NCBI GenBank assembly: GCA_038496445.1
Contig: JALMLS010000635.1
Location: 1-64,000 of the forward strand
Direction of reading: 5' to 3'
Origin: Trichosphaerium sp. ATCC 40318
Lineage: Eukaryota > Protista > Tubulinea
Length of the DNA: 64,000 nt
Positions within the stretch are counted from its first letter, which is position 1. Every line of letters starts with the position of its first letter. The notes under the pieces were generated by a model that did not search any database, was not told the origin of the DNA, and was given only the letters and a program-made list of their open reading frames with translations. This document shows, one piece after another, positions 24,831 through 38,124 of the stretch. The position numbers and the translations under genes are program-made.

Positions 24831-25159
24831 AGGTGTTGAGTCAACGTCTACGCAGCTTATACAGTATACTGACCCAAGGTAGCTTGTGCTTAAACTTTGG
24901 TACCAGGTAACCCATAAAACACTACAGTACAACAAATCAAACTCCATACACTGTACAAGTTTACCTATTTATTCAGGGTTTTTTTTTACAAAGTCCAAAA
25001 CAAAAAAAGATTGATTTTTTGCTAGCCTGAATATCGCCTAGTGTTCTTCTCAATAATATCACAGTATGAAATACATGTGTTTGTGATACTAAAAAGTCTC
25101 TTCCAGATAACTAGTTCTGTAGAGATACACAAACACGTTCTGTCTTTTTTTTTTTTTTT

Positions 25160-28100
25160 TTAACTTTCTTCAGCCTTCTTGACTTTTTTCTGAATAGCTT
25201 TTAAGCGCTGAGAAAGTGCTGCATTTTCCTCTCGTAACTCCTTAACTTTTTCATTAGCATCAGAGTACTCTGATGTTGAAATAAGAGAAGGATCCAATGA
25301 AATATCGGCAACACTGGAACCTTGTGTTGCATCAGTTTTGTCATTTTTAATCCTTATTGCTTTTTGTATAAACAAAACAAGCACAGTACCAACTACAATA
25401 AAAACGTTAGTTAACCACTCACAGAAAGAATCATGAACATTCTCAAGCAATTTCATATACACGTGGTATGCGATTGCAGCAAAATTCAACAAACCAAAAA
25501 AAAAGGACATACGTGCACTCAAGAGGATACACAGTGATCTTATGATAAACTGCTGCTCCCTAGCATTTGAGTCTGTGATTGTGAGTTCTACTATTGTAGC
25601 TATTATCACAAAAAACGTTGTATTATAGGTTGACACTCCAATAATCTAAAGCACAAAGTAAGGCAAAACAGCTTCACTCACCGAAAAAAAACCAATTATA
25701 ACAAAAACTGAAAAAATACCTTTGACTCATTGAATGTCTTGATTGGCACCTTTCTTACTCTTATACTTATAAACACACCGAACGCCATAAGTACTAGCTA
25801 AGAATAAAATAAGGATGATGTACAAAAACTTAGAAGTCGTACAAGGACGCCTGTTTGCATTCCAAGAACAATTCTACCTCCAACTCCAGATTCGCAAACA
25901 AAATAGTTTTTGATTGGCCTGTGAACATCAATGATCTCTATACGTGATTCTTTTAATAGAATACTGTATATTATACATAATAGAAGCTCCAAGGCAAGTA
26001 TAGCACCAACGTGGCTTGCTACTTGGAGATTTGAGATCTTGATAACTTCAAGTTTTTTCGCTCTGCTAAAAATAACAAAGACACGGAAAGACTTTGCAAA
26101 CAAGCACCTATAAATATATTCTTTAGAAAGAATAGCAAATAAATACAGTATAACATACCCAAAGAGTATACTCATACCAGCAAAAAGTACCCAATAACGG
26201 ATGTAACAAAATAATGTTTCATTGTTACTTGGCGTCCATAATAGAATGCTAGTGTACACTAGAATACTTCCAAACAAGATACCATACAGAAATACTGGAG
26301 CTATAAAAAGATAAAAGATAAGTACGATCCCAACTGCAAAAGATAAATCCTTAAAAAGATACGTACAAGAACCGATAATTATGTTATTATTTCTGTAAAT
26401 AAAAACAAATATACCAAAAACGACCGAAATCAAAATAGCAACAGAAACAAGTGCCAAGAAAACCCATTCTGACACAAAGTCACCATAAGCATGACTGAAT
26501 ATACGTTCGTCCCATGTAGGTATAGGAAGAACTATCTCGGCCGTTGCTCCGAGCAATGGTCCAACAACTTGTCTTGTACTGTTAATGTACTGAACTATTT
26601 CAGAATCTGCCAATTGAGAATGGTCTGAGGCGAATCTGATCTAAATTACAGAGTCAGTTCGATATGACAAGAAAGGTAACATACTCGTCCGTAAAAGGTG
26701 TTGAAGTCTAGGTTACCAACTTCCTTGGCTACCTCTTCATCAGACTTGCTTGATGCTTTCTAGTAAAAAAAAGTTAGAAAAAAACAGTTTTTGATGATTA
26801 TCGTCCACTTACAGCTACAGCTTTCTCTAAAATTTTTCCTGCTATAAACCCTAATGCCGGCCAATCATTGTTTGGTACAGTGTTATTTATAATTGCGTGA
26901 TAATCCTCTAATTCTGTGTAAAAGTCCGTTGAGTGGATAAATTCCTCTCCAACATATCTTGAAGTTTTGCTTGACTGCACGTTCAATAAGATAAGTAGTT
27001 TAGATAATAAGCAACGCACAGCAACCACACCAAGCATATATGCTGTAATATCGCTTTCAAAATTGTCCCAATCGGCACCTAGAGGTACATGTGCAAAAAA
27101 CTCTGGAGCCCAGTTTTTTTCTCGCATGTGATTAATCATGTACCTAACAACATGTGAGATACTACCAAGTTTACATGTGTTTAAAACAAAGAACGTACCC
27201 AATAGGTGTTCCTGGAGGACTTTTACATGTTAGAAGAGCTTCTGGGTTAAACTCCATTACTGCCTAACATATTTTGTTAGCAATCTCGTTTGATTTAAAA
27301 TAAGAATAAAATAAGAATTGCATACTAGTATTGTACTAGTCCAGTTTGCCATTGATTCTGGTGTTTGGCTTCCCGTTTGAGCGTAGAATTTTTTGATTTC
27401 AGTTATTCCATTTTCTTTGGCCTGTTAAAGTCAGTCAACACTCAACCAAGCACCCCAAGCACTCTTCATTTCAACAAAAAAAAACAGGTTAGAGCTTGTC
27501 GTACTTGAGCATCAAAACCGTTACAAGCAACGTCACCAAAACCATCTTGGAATATAATCTCTGCTACTGTTTTTATGCGAGTTACTCGCATAAACGGAAT
27601 TGTACCAAGGAGAAGCCTTGTTCAAATAATGTTACTTAACATGATTTTTTTATAGTTTGTTGGAAGAAGTGTTAATTGTTGTACCTAGATGCTGTCTTTG
27701 TAGCACTATAAGCGAACGTTTTACCTTCAAAAAATTTATCTGAAGATACAGAAGCACCAATAAGAAGCCTTCCACGTGGTTCTGTAATTGCAACAGCTCT
27801 GAGAGAGAACCCAGATCCTTTTGGTCCTAAAGTCAATTGTTAAGCAACGATATAGCACTTAACAGTCACTCAAAATTGAAAAAAAGTATTGGTATGCACA
27901 GTACATATCCTCTTACACGAGGATAGCATAATATAGTACTAAAAGCAAGAAGAGAGACGGTATTTTTGCCTTTGTTCGGTTTTTTGAAGAAAATTGGGTT
28001 TTTTTTTCCTATTTGTACCTATCATGTAGTCTACTTCTGTGTTGTTTACGAATGATATATAGTTTTCTTCACACTTTGTAATATTGTCATCATCGTAAAG

Positions 28101-28454
28101 CAATTCTAGTTTCACCTTTTTTTCAGAAAAAAAAAGTTAATATTCGTCAACCGATACTGTCTCCTAGAATGCTTACCATTCGCTGTATTCCTTCTACAAG
28201 CATACCTCCAGCTTGGTTAACGCGGTGTGCCCAGAATTGAAGGCCTCGAAGTTGTCCTATTGCAAAAGGAGCCTAAATCTGAATTATTCGTTAACGCATG
28301 TGTGGTATTAATAATACCCCGCCTCCAATGTTCGTAGTACTCATAGCAACTACTATTTCGCCATTTCCAGACAGCGATTCAATACGCGCGGTAAATACGA
28401 GCATTATGACTATTATTGTATGGATACGTTAGTATTACATTCAAGGAGTGTCAT
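25160..28454 (-). CDS. Class C (GABA-B/metabotropic glutamate-like) GPCR with periplasmic-binding ectodomain and 7tm_3 domain
   Basis: Ectodomain fragments GQLRGLQFWAHRVNQAGG and VKLELLYDDDN; 7TM hallmarks IIIGS-PVFL, CYIRYW, GCLFAKSFRVFVIF and FNESKIIGVSTYN; coiled-coil C-terminal tail. The start codon assignment relies on a 29-nt first intron. Confidence 0.85.
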
Positions 28455-28896
28455 GGTTAAATAAAAACGAAGAACCGTATCGTTTGAACAAAATGAAAAC
28501 GAAAGTCTATCGAGCAACGCACATATTATTATTGGAGCGCAATACCTGCGTTTTATTGTACAAGCGGTCTGTGTTGCCATGGCCGTATTTACTTTGAAAT
28601 AAATTTATTCTATGCAGTTTTTATTGTCTTAACTTCGAAAAATAGTTTTAAACCATCTTGTAAAGAGTACTAGTGCTAGTGGTTCATTCTATAGCAACTA
28701 TTATAAATAATAGCTACAGTGCCTATTTTGGACAGCCACCAATTAAATAGATCACTAAACTTGCTTTGCGGAGCAACAATGAATTAGGTTGTAAAGGGGC
28801 TGTTTAAAAGCGAAGAATAAAATAATTCGTAAAAATGTTTCTCGCTATCTTTGGTGGTCGCTAGGCATCACTTGCTATTTTATATTGAACCATTGT

Positions 28897-30021
28897 ATGT
28901 TTGCGCCAATACTACGCGTTTCGCACCAGAAACGTGTGATAGGCGCGAAAAGCTATTCAACAGCACTAACACCACATGAAAATGAACTAGCGGCGTTTCG
29001 TACTATGTTCAATGCGATCAGTAGAGAGACAGGCGTTAAAGAGATGGATGACTTTTATAGCGTTACAATTCAACAAATAACGGCACAAGGAGGATTATGT
29101 ATACTTCAAAAGTACATAATAAAGCCTTATACACACGTAGATTTATTTATTGTATTACCAGGTTCGAAACATCGCTTGTGAAAGCTCTCACGCATGTATA
29201 CCCTCACAAGGCATGGAAACCATGGAAATTCAGGTGAGGCGTTCTGTTTAATGTCGAAATACACTTAAATTCGGTCAAGAAATACGCCGCAAGGTTTTTG
29301 GAAGGATTTAAAGAACCAACAAATATTTCTTGATGACATGGCGATTAATTTGACATTGCACACTTTAAATGACTGGCACGCTATCACATCAAAGGACGTG
29401 GCGTGTCATGGCGGATTGGGTCTTCTTGACAGGTTTCATTGCTTTTTCCTCTTCTTTGGTCTCAAACACTTGTTAGATATAACAATTCCGTATATAAAAC
29501 GCTAGCCACCGTGTATCCAAACCATAAGTGGCAACCTGACAAGTTTACGCACGTTAACGATAAAAAGCAAACCATTTCGACTCACCTACGCTATTAGCAT
29601 AACGCCTAAGACATATTGGAGGAAGAACGATAACATTAAGTATTTTCTGAAAAGTATTAAAAGTCGTTTAAACGCGATGATAATATCTCTAACGCCGCTT
29701 CTAGGCGTAGAAAATAGCCTGGGTGTAACCAAACCAGAAGATTGGCACCGTGTATCCTCTCTACAATTAAAAGAAGTCGGGGGAAATAGCTTGCTTAGCA
29801 CCAAGCAATTTCCTAGTTGCTTAGGCCTGTTATACCCTGACTACGATTGGCATAAACACCAGCAACCATTACGTAAAAAGAAAACAGTCCAAAGGTCAGG
29901 ATTTCACTTTTTCTGTTTTTTTTGTATTTTTTCGGTTAATTCTTGTGTTTGTCGCTCGCATATTGATTTATATTCTAGGAGTTTGAAGTTACAAACTGGA
30001 AACATTTTCTCTGTTGCATGA
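28897..30021 (+). CDS. Hypothetical protein with repeated YP.H.W.PWKF...P.GFW....N motifs; possible mitochondrial targeting peptide
   Basis: The N-terminus MFAPILRVSHQKRVIGAKSYST is R/S-rich. Repeats include LTHVYPHKAWKPWKF..TPQGFWKDLKN, VYPNHKWQPDKF..TPKTYWRKNDN and LYPDYDW. The 3' end is uncertain. Confidence 0.6.
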
Positions 30022-30492
30022 GCTTCGAAGCCGTTTATGGAATTTGTGTCTGTGGTTACGTACATAAGCTACAGCTCGCGGTTATATCAACTGCGAACAA
30101 AGCGCCACTCCAGGTCTTATTGTTTTGGGGTAGAACTGGTACATGTCCTGTCCCGGACCCTGTATAAGTATCCATGACCTACCAGGCTGCCGAGAATCAG
30201 TGATATTATACGTAAGCCTCTTGATGGTTCGTTTGCAAACCGAAAGAAGGGAAACAAACGGAATCTTTTGGCGTAAACGGAAGACTTTTTTACGCCTAAT
30301 TTGAGCAATGTACGAAAAATATATTAAAGGTGGCAAGAGATCAAGCCACAATAAACATTCAATGCACAATTTTTGTGCAGTTAAGCGATAATACCCTTAA
30401 AAGTATTCTAAAGCACCTTTTTCAGCAGAGCGTACTCCGCTATAACTGCACTGCATAGTTTGTGTTGTTGCCACTGGCCGCAAGTAAACTTT

Positions 30493-32955
30493 ATGCGTAG
30501 AGAAGCTCTTTGGTATATAAAGCGATTGGTAGCCTGTTTATGTGCGTTTCGCTAGTTCTAGATATTGAACAAGACCACAAAATATTTCAATGGCCTTCTA
30601 TTACTTCCATTACGCCTTCTGACGCATATTTACTAGCTCTCGTATGCTTAATACCAATAATAAATGGTATGGAAGTTATTGACAAAAATGGGCAATCAAC
30701 GGTACGCTACAAGTACTTACGCAGCGATTACTGGTAGTATACTGCTAATCAAGGGCCTAACGCTCTACGAGCGCTTAACCCTTTTGATTTGCGGTATTTA
30801 CAAGCTAAACTAAACCATTTATGCAAACTTCCTTTTCTGGGGCGAAACCAAAACACCTCAAAACGTTTTTTGAGTTACTACGCTTTAACAACGTATACAA
30901 TACTCACTGTTAGGTTTATAGTACATTAAAGCAATCAAACTGGATTATGTATCACCTGATATATCATCAACGTTCAAAAATGTAACTCTTGTTGCGACAA
31001 CATCACAAAACATATCTGGAAAGTACGTCATTTTAGTTTGTGACATAAAAAGCAAGTCAAATTCGTACTTTTTTTTTTCTCCTCCCACCGCCGTACGGCC
31101 GGCGGTAGGTCTAAAATTTATTCTCCTGCTCAAAACCTGTTTTCATTGGGGTTAGTAAAACGACTTTAATAAATGAATGAAACTGTAGCTGATTTGCTCT
31201 CTAGCCTGTGCTCTTTTTTTTGTGTTTTTTTTATTTGAAATCTCTACCTTTCGCTAACCTTTTGTTGTGTAGCTTTGTTTTTGTACTTGAAGCAAAAGGT
31301 GCATGGGATGTAAATATTATAAGAGAATACTACAATAAGAATGCAACAGGTGTCATCATAAGAGTAACAAGTACGAGCAAAAGAACAAGATTTTGGGATT
31401 TTGCACTAATAGTCTTTTCCTGTCTCACTTTATTATCAGGTCGTGTCCCAGGGTCTTACTTATTACAACATCAAAATGTTTACTCTTCTGTAAGAGACCT
31501 TGGATTTCATGTATTTCATATTGGTATCAATGACGGACCTGTACTTAATGACTTGATAGAAGCCAATAATGGCTCTTTACAGTTATTTATTGATGGTGGA
31601 GGTACAAACGCATTTTCTTTGCTTTGAAGAAATAAATTTTATGAAAGCTAGCGATGCTTTGTGCTTCCTTAGGGCTCGTAATGCCTTTCTATTGAAATTT
31701 GTATATGTGTTTTAAACACTTCTAAGTCGTCATTGTAGAGAAAAATGAATGGAGTATTGCTGTTAGTGAAGCGCTTTTAGTTCCTCTATTCAATGTATTC
31801 TTGGGAGGATTTGCACTTATCACAACATTGTATGCAGCTTACAAGTTCTATGGGTACACCAGTCACCATGTACGACTTCGATTTGTTTGATTTACTTGAT
31901 GATCTTTTCCTTGTTAACTTTCTGACTTATAGGGATGGAGTTGGACCGTATGCCAAGTATGCCTTGCACTTGAAATCGTAGCAAATTTAGGTATGTTAGT
32001 TTGAATATTTACACGTGACTATTTATAAATAGAGGCACCTTACGTTTTTATTAGAGCGTGCTATTTTTATAAGCATTGATCCGTACTTCTTGCGTGATAT
32101 TTTCTCCGTTGTTATAGGGAATATTTTAGCAACAATATCCATACCGTTGACACTGCTCACAACATTACTCATTGCTTTTTATTGGTATGTGAATGCTTTA
32201 GTTGTATTAAATCTCTTCTTCCTCTTGATTTGCTAAAGACTGTTCTATTTATATACCGTTTGTTTTAATGTTGGATTATAGGAGAGAGCTAAGTTCTCGA
32301 CACTCGATACAAATCTTATCATTCATTGAAAGGTTAAAGATACCTTTTGTTCTCATTGCTTGTATCATGTTTATCTTTGAGATTACTGCATCAGTACTTC
32401 GTGTTGTATTACCAGATACAATCGCTATTATAGTGACAACAATTACTATTGGCATATATTTTACGCTGACTATACTGGTTGTTATATTTTTTATAGCAAC
32501 AGGTCATGCTGTACTCAAACGCCTATCAAAAGCAACTTCAAACAAAAAAATAAGTAAACTTCGAATGATAACATACTTAATCATGTCAAGTGCTATTTTC
32601 CAAATATCAGCTACACTCATTGTTATAGTGGGTAATCTAACTGGGTGGATGTGGTACGTGATAACTAGTAAAACAAGTTCAAACACAAAATATCTCACTT
32701 TTTTCTTATTTTAGGGATTACCCAAGTGGATACATTACCACGTGGGCAATAGCATTCTTTTGTATAACAATGACAAGCTTTATTCAAATCATGGCTTGGA
32801 GTGATGGAAGAGGTAGTTCTACACAGAAGTCAACATCTATGGCTCCTTCTGTTCCTACCAATCCTTCAACGCAAAGAGGAGGTATTGTAACACAGGAGGT
32901 AGAATCAGTCAAATCTTCATCAGATGATAGTGATGTTGAAGAGAGTGACTCATAA
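30493..32955 (+). CDS. Signal peptide plus small ectodomain plus multi-pass TM receptor-like protein (tandem copy 1)
   Basis: Spliced start MRREALWYIKRLVACLSLVCLIPIING-MEVID; ectodomain ATGVIIRVT/RVPGSY/FHVFHI; about 7 hydrophobic segments (IDPY, LIAFYW, LKRL); Ser-rich tail. Confidence 0.75.
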
Positions 32956-33674
32956 ATATCTAAGTCAAAAACAGTAACAATATCAGAGTGATATCTCTAA
33001 GGTTACTTTTGGTGTTGATGTATTAATACAAATTGTATTTCAGATTGCTCTTCATATTTATGTCATTGGTACGTTTGGAAGTTTACGAGTACTGGATTGT
33101 AGTCTTCGATTTAAAACTTACTTATATGAGATTGTCAAATTCAATACTAAAAGCACGCATACTAGAGCGTGTTATCTCACAGTCAGACTTATCCTTAGCA
33201 AACTGTTTCTCAAGAACGCGAGAACTATGTTATGCTCACTTTTGGAAACAACAAATGTCCGCATCCAGCTAAATGTGTCCCTGTCTGTATAGGTGTACTT
33301 GCATAGGAGAGCCAATTCCAAGTGTTTGTATGAGTGTCAGGGGCGTGAGAGAGTAAGTCAAAGCTGAAAGTGAAGGTTAACCTTTTAGCTCTTTTTGGTT
33401 TGCTAGTGGCAATATGTCCATATTACTAAATAGCTCTGGATGTTATGGTTTTCACGTTAGTCATTAACCACCCTTATAAGTGATTTTTTGTTATATTCTT
33501 AAGTGTGAAATGTAATCTGTTTTGACGCAAAGGTAAAAAGTTATTTTTAGAACCAATAATCTTCTTGAAACACCTTAAGTGTACCTTTTATATTTACAAT
33601 AAGATCAACCACTTGGTGTTGTTTTATACCGTGTGCACAAGTACTTATTTGGTCCTTTGGTGACTAATAACAAA

Positions 33675-36065
33675 ATGCGTTCTGTGCAACTGTTTTGGGA
33701 TCAAAGGCGTGTTTTAATGTGTTTCGGTGCGTATTAACGTATTTTCGTAACTCTACATTTAAAACTGGCTACACTTCTCAATCACTACTTCCAACTTATA
33801 CTTACGCTTCATTCATAGCGTTAGCGTGCTTTTTGCCAATAATAGATGGTATGGAAGTTATTGACATGAATGGGCAATCAACGGTACGCTACTGTACGCT
33901 AAAGTCACTCACTAGCAAAAATATTATATGAGGACATGTTTTAGCGGCCTTTTCCTTTTTCACCAAACGGCATTTGAGTAAAGAGATGTTTTGACGAAAC
34001 GTTTTTCTCACCACCAACTGTAAAAACCTAAATCTTGTTAAAGGAGAGTAGAAAGCTACAACTAAGTACTCTCTTGCCCAGGGAGATTACAGTTTTTTTG
34101 TAAAATATAAGAAACGTTTCTAACGTTTCCGTAAACATCTATTACTATTCTATTTGTGCTCTAACAGTGTACAATACTCACAGTTTTATAGTACATTAAA
34201 GCAATCAAAGTGAATTATATATCACGTTATGTACCATCAACGTTTACCAATGCAACTCTTGTACCAACAACATCACAAAACATATCTGGAAAGTACGTCA
34301 TCTTTTGGTCAAAAATAATTTGAAACAATTCAAGAACACTTGCTGTATTCCGCTTTTTTTGATAAATTTCTAGATACTTACCGGCCTCTTTTTTAGCTTT
34401 GTTTATGTGAATGAAGCAACACGATCATGGGACATACATGTAATTGTAGAATACTATAATTTGAATGCAACAGGTGTTATTATCAGGGTAACTAGTATGT
34501 GATGACCAAGTTTTAATGTGTGTTCAAATTTTATTATTAGGGGTTACTCCGGGTAGTTACATAGTACACAAAGAACGCTACTCTTCTGTAAGAGACCTTG
34601 GATTTCATGTATTTCATATTGGTAAGAAGGATGGTCCTGTACTTAATGACTTGATAGAAGCCAACAATGGCTCTTTACAGTTATCTATTGATGGTGGAGG
34701 TACAAACACATTTTCTTTGTTTTGAAGAAATAAACTATAAGAACGCTAGCAATGCTTTGTGCTTCCTTAGGGCTCACAATGCCTTTCTATTGAAATTTAT
34801 ATGTGTTTTACTTCTAAATCATCATTGTAGAGAAAAATGAATGGAGTATTGCTGTTAGTGAAGCGCTTCTAGTTCCTTTATTCAATGTATTCTTGGGAGG
34901 ATTTGCACTTATCACAACATTATATGCAGCTTACAAGTTCTATGGGTACACCAGTCACCATGTACGACTTCAGTTTATTTATATCTCACTTTTTTCCTTT
35001 TTGACTTCTCACTACTTCTAGGGATGGAGCTGGACTGTATGCCAAGTATGCCTTGCACTTGAAATCATGACAAATTTAGGTATGTTAGTTGAATATTTAC
35101 ACGTGACTATTTATAAATAGAGGCATCTTACGTTTTTATTAGAGCGTGCTATTTTTGTGAGCATTGATCCATACTTCCTTCGTACTCTTCTTCCTCAAAT
35201 GCTGGAACATGTTTTAGCATCGATATCTTTACCGCCTTCGTTACTCACAACATTGCTCATTGCTTTTTACTGGTACATGAACTACTTGTTGACAGGTTTT
35301 CGTGTCCTAATAACCAGCTGTTCTGCTACTTTTTTTTGTTTTATTTTTTAAACGTGTTGCTTATTTTAATTATAGGAGAGAGCTAAGTTCTCAACATTCG
35401 ATACAAATCTTATCATTCATTGAAAGGTTAAAGATACCTTTTGTTGCTATTGCTTGCATCTTGTTTATCTTTGAGGTTTCCTTAGCATTATTGCGCTTTG
35501 TATTAGATATTTACATTACTATCATTGCAGGCGTAACTTTCATTATATACTTCATAATTACTGTTACAATAATTGGGTTTTTTATTGTGACAGGTTGTTC
35601 TGTACTCAGGCGTCTATCAAAAGCAACTTCAAACAAAAAACTAAGTAAACTTCGCATGATAACATACTTGATCATGTCAAGTGCTATTTTCCAATTTTTG
35701 GGTATCCTTGTCAGTATAGTGGGTAGTTTAACACATTGGGCATGGTATGTTATGTGATTGCCAACATACATTTGACTATATTCTTATTTTTTTCTTTGTT
35801 TAGGGATTATCCAAGTGGATACATTACCACGTGGGCAATAACATTCTTTTGTTGGACAATGACAAGCTTTATTCAAATAATGGCTTGGAGCAATGGAGAT
35901 AGTGATAGTGGCTCTAAAAACCGACAAAGAAGATCTGTTGCTCCTACTGTTCAGGCTACTGATCCTTCAACGCAAAGAGGCACTACAACTATTGAAGGAT
36001 CACTCGCAATATTGGGTAACATTCTTGAGGAAGGTAACTTAGAAATACCTCGTTCAATGACATAA
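33675..36065 (+). CDS. Signal peptide plus multi-pass TM receptor-like protein (tandem copy 2)
   Basis: Same exon structure as copy 1 with high identity; spliced start MRSVQLFWDQRRVLMCFALACFLPIIDG. Confidence 0.75.
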
Positions 36066-36144
36066 ACCCTTATGGGCTTGTAGAGGTAGTAGTGTACAAA
36101 ATATATTTTCTACTGGTTTCCCGAGATTTATTTTTCTTACATCT

Positions 36145-37410
36145 TTATTTACTGTTCCCATCGTATATATCTGGTCTTCTATGACTGAATACTGGCATAT
36201 TTAGTCTCGTTCTTTCTAACATATCCAAGGCAATATCATAGGTTATAATACGAGGAGCATCATCATGACAACATGCCACTACAAGTATTAATACGAAAAC
36301 AAAAAAAAGAGCGATTTCATACCCTTTGTTCCCCATGGGTCTATTATTAAGCTACGACCGTAAGTTCGTCTTTTTGGATTGTGTTGACCATATTGAGCAG
36401 CAGCAATGACCCAACACTAACAATAAGTTATTATCACGTGTTTAAATGCAAAAACTTTAGCGACTTTTTGTAGATTTATAACTTACTTGGTTTTCTATCG
36501 CTCTTGCTTGCAACAGAGGATCCCATTGATCTTTACCAGTCATTAGAGTAAACGCTAAGAAAATAGTGAGTATGTGGAGTGGTTTATAACAATGGGATCA
36601 AAATTACCTGAAGGCACAAGCAATATTTCAGCTCCCTTTTCTCGAAGACGTTGATAAAGTTGTGGAAATCTCACCTAAACAATAAGTTGTTATAATTGTT
36701 TTTAACTTCACAACCACATACGTCATAGCACGTTGATAAACCTAAACGACCAATAGGAGTATCACATACTATTATTTCGTCACCTGCATCAGTACTTTTA
36801 CCTTCATCAAGGCATGGACCGTTCGGAATGTCAACCTGAATGGTTTTTTTTTAGTGTATTTTTTTTTGGTTTTTGCGGATTGTCTAGAGCTTCTGTACCT
36901 TGAATAAATGTATTTTACGATACACTGCTTTTATATCTCCCTTGTTGTCTATGATAAGATGCGTATTACGGACCTTCCCAGGAGTAATTTTAGATTTCTC
37001 ATGAAATCCGCCTAGACTTAACCAAACGTTATGACGCTTCGCTAAATCCTGTAATATTAGTTATTTAGCTCTTGGATATAGGTTCAAGGGTTTTTGAACG
37101 TAGTTAAACAGATTTTTCTTCGTGTCAGCTGTATTACCTTGTATTTGTTTATATAGACGCCAGATTCTATATCCTCTGCGTTGGCGATGCTTTCATCAGA
37201 GTTTGTGCCCATAAACGCAAAACACTCTAACGCCTAGTCAGTTATTGCTAGAACGTACTCATTAGACAATATACCTGGGAAAAAGATCATTTTGGCGCTT
37301 AACGCTACAGCACGTTCAACCAACTCGCTACAGACATCGAAATTCTTCTGTTTATCGTTTATAGATCGTAGTTGTGCCACTGCAACGATATTTGGTCCAT
37401 TCGACGCCAT
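36145..37410 (-). CDS. NIT1: Nitrilase-family deaminated glutathione amidase (Nit1-like)
   Basis: Motifs [86 protein letters not shown] and [12 protein letters not shown]. Confidence 0.92.
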
Positions 37411-38124
37411 TGATGGTGTGTTGTTGAAGTATTTTCCTTCGAATTTTCAGAATTTTCGGAAAAAGAAATGTTCTTTTTTTTGGGCAAAATACTAACAATA
37501 AGCAGTTGTACAAGTATACTTGCTTGAGGTGATGTTAAGCACCTGCTTTGTAACTGGTTCGCCTTTTGAAAACTTCTATTGTGCTACTCATATTGATTCA
37601 AGAACTCGCCTACAGCGCAACATAGCAAGTGCAAGTCGTGAAGCTGTTGTTTCTTAAAGTGCTTCTTTTTGCTCATGCACGGAATAGTTGACAAAGTTAA
37701 AAGGAGGGCTACCGTATAGCCAAGGTCTAATGAGACTGATATGCTTAAAATTAGTTTTGTATAGCTGCACTTCTCGAGTGTATCCACAGCAATCCTACCC
37801 ATGTGACCCGCTTCTAACATACACTCTGGATTCCATTTTCAATATTGTAGAATACTTAGATGTAGCTCTTTAGAATTGTGCGTTCATCTTGAGTTATTTA
37901 TGTTTATTAATAGGAAACTTGCTTGTACGCTGCAATAATTTTTGAGTAAGAAAATACTGAGAATTATTTTATTTCGGACAAAGTGCAAAAATTGGGTTGT
38001 TCATGATTTGGTGGACAATGTAATTAAGATGGCTACCAGGTTACTGTTTTAGTCGGTTATATCAGTTCAGACTTTTTTACATGATTAGTGCTCAGCCTTA
38101 AAGATAGCATCTTTTTACATGTTC

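Noticed and set aside
30590-30625. Apparent frameshifted starts of the two multi-TM receptor genes
   Set aside because: Explained by a first intron (GTGCGT...TAG) and upstream ATGs at 30493 and 33675.
36145-36336. 63-aa ORF that looks like a secreted peptide
   Set aside because: It is the last intron plus last exon of NIT1; the apparent signal peptide is T-rich intron sequence.
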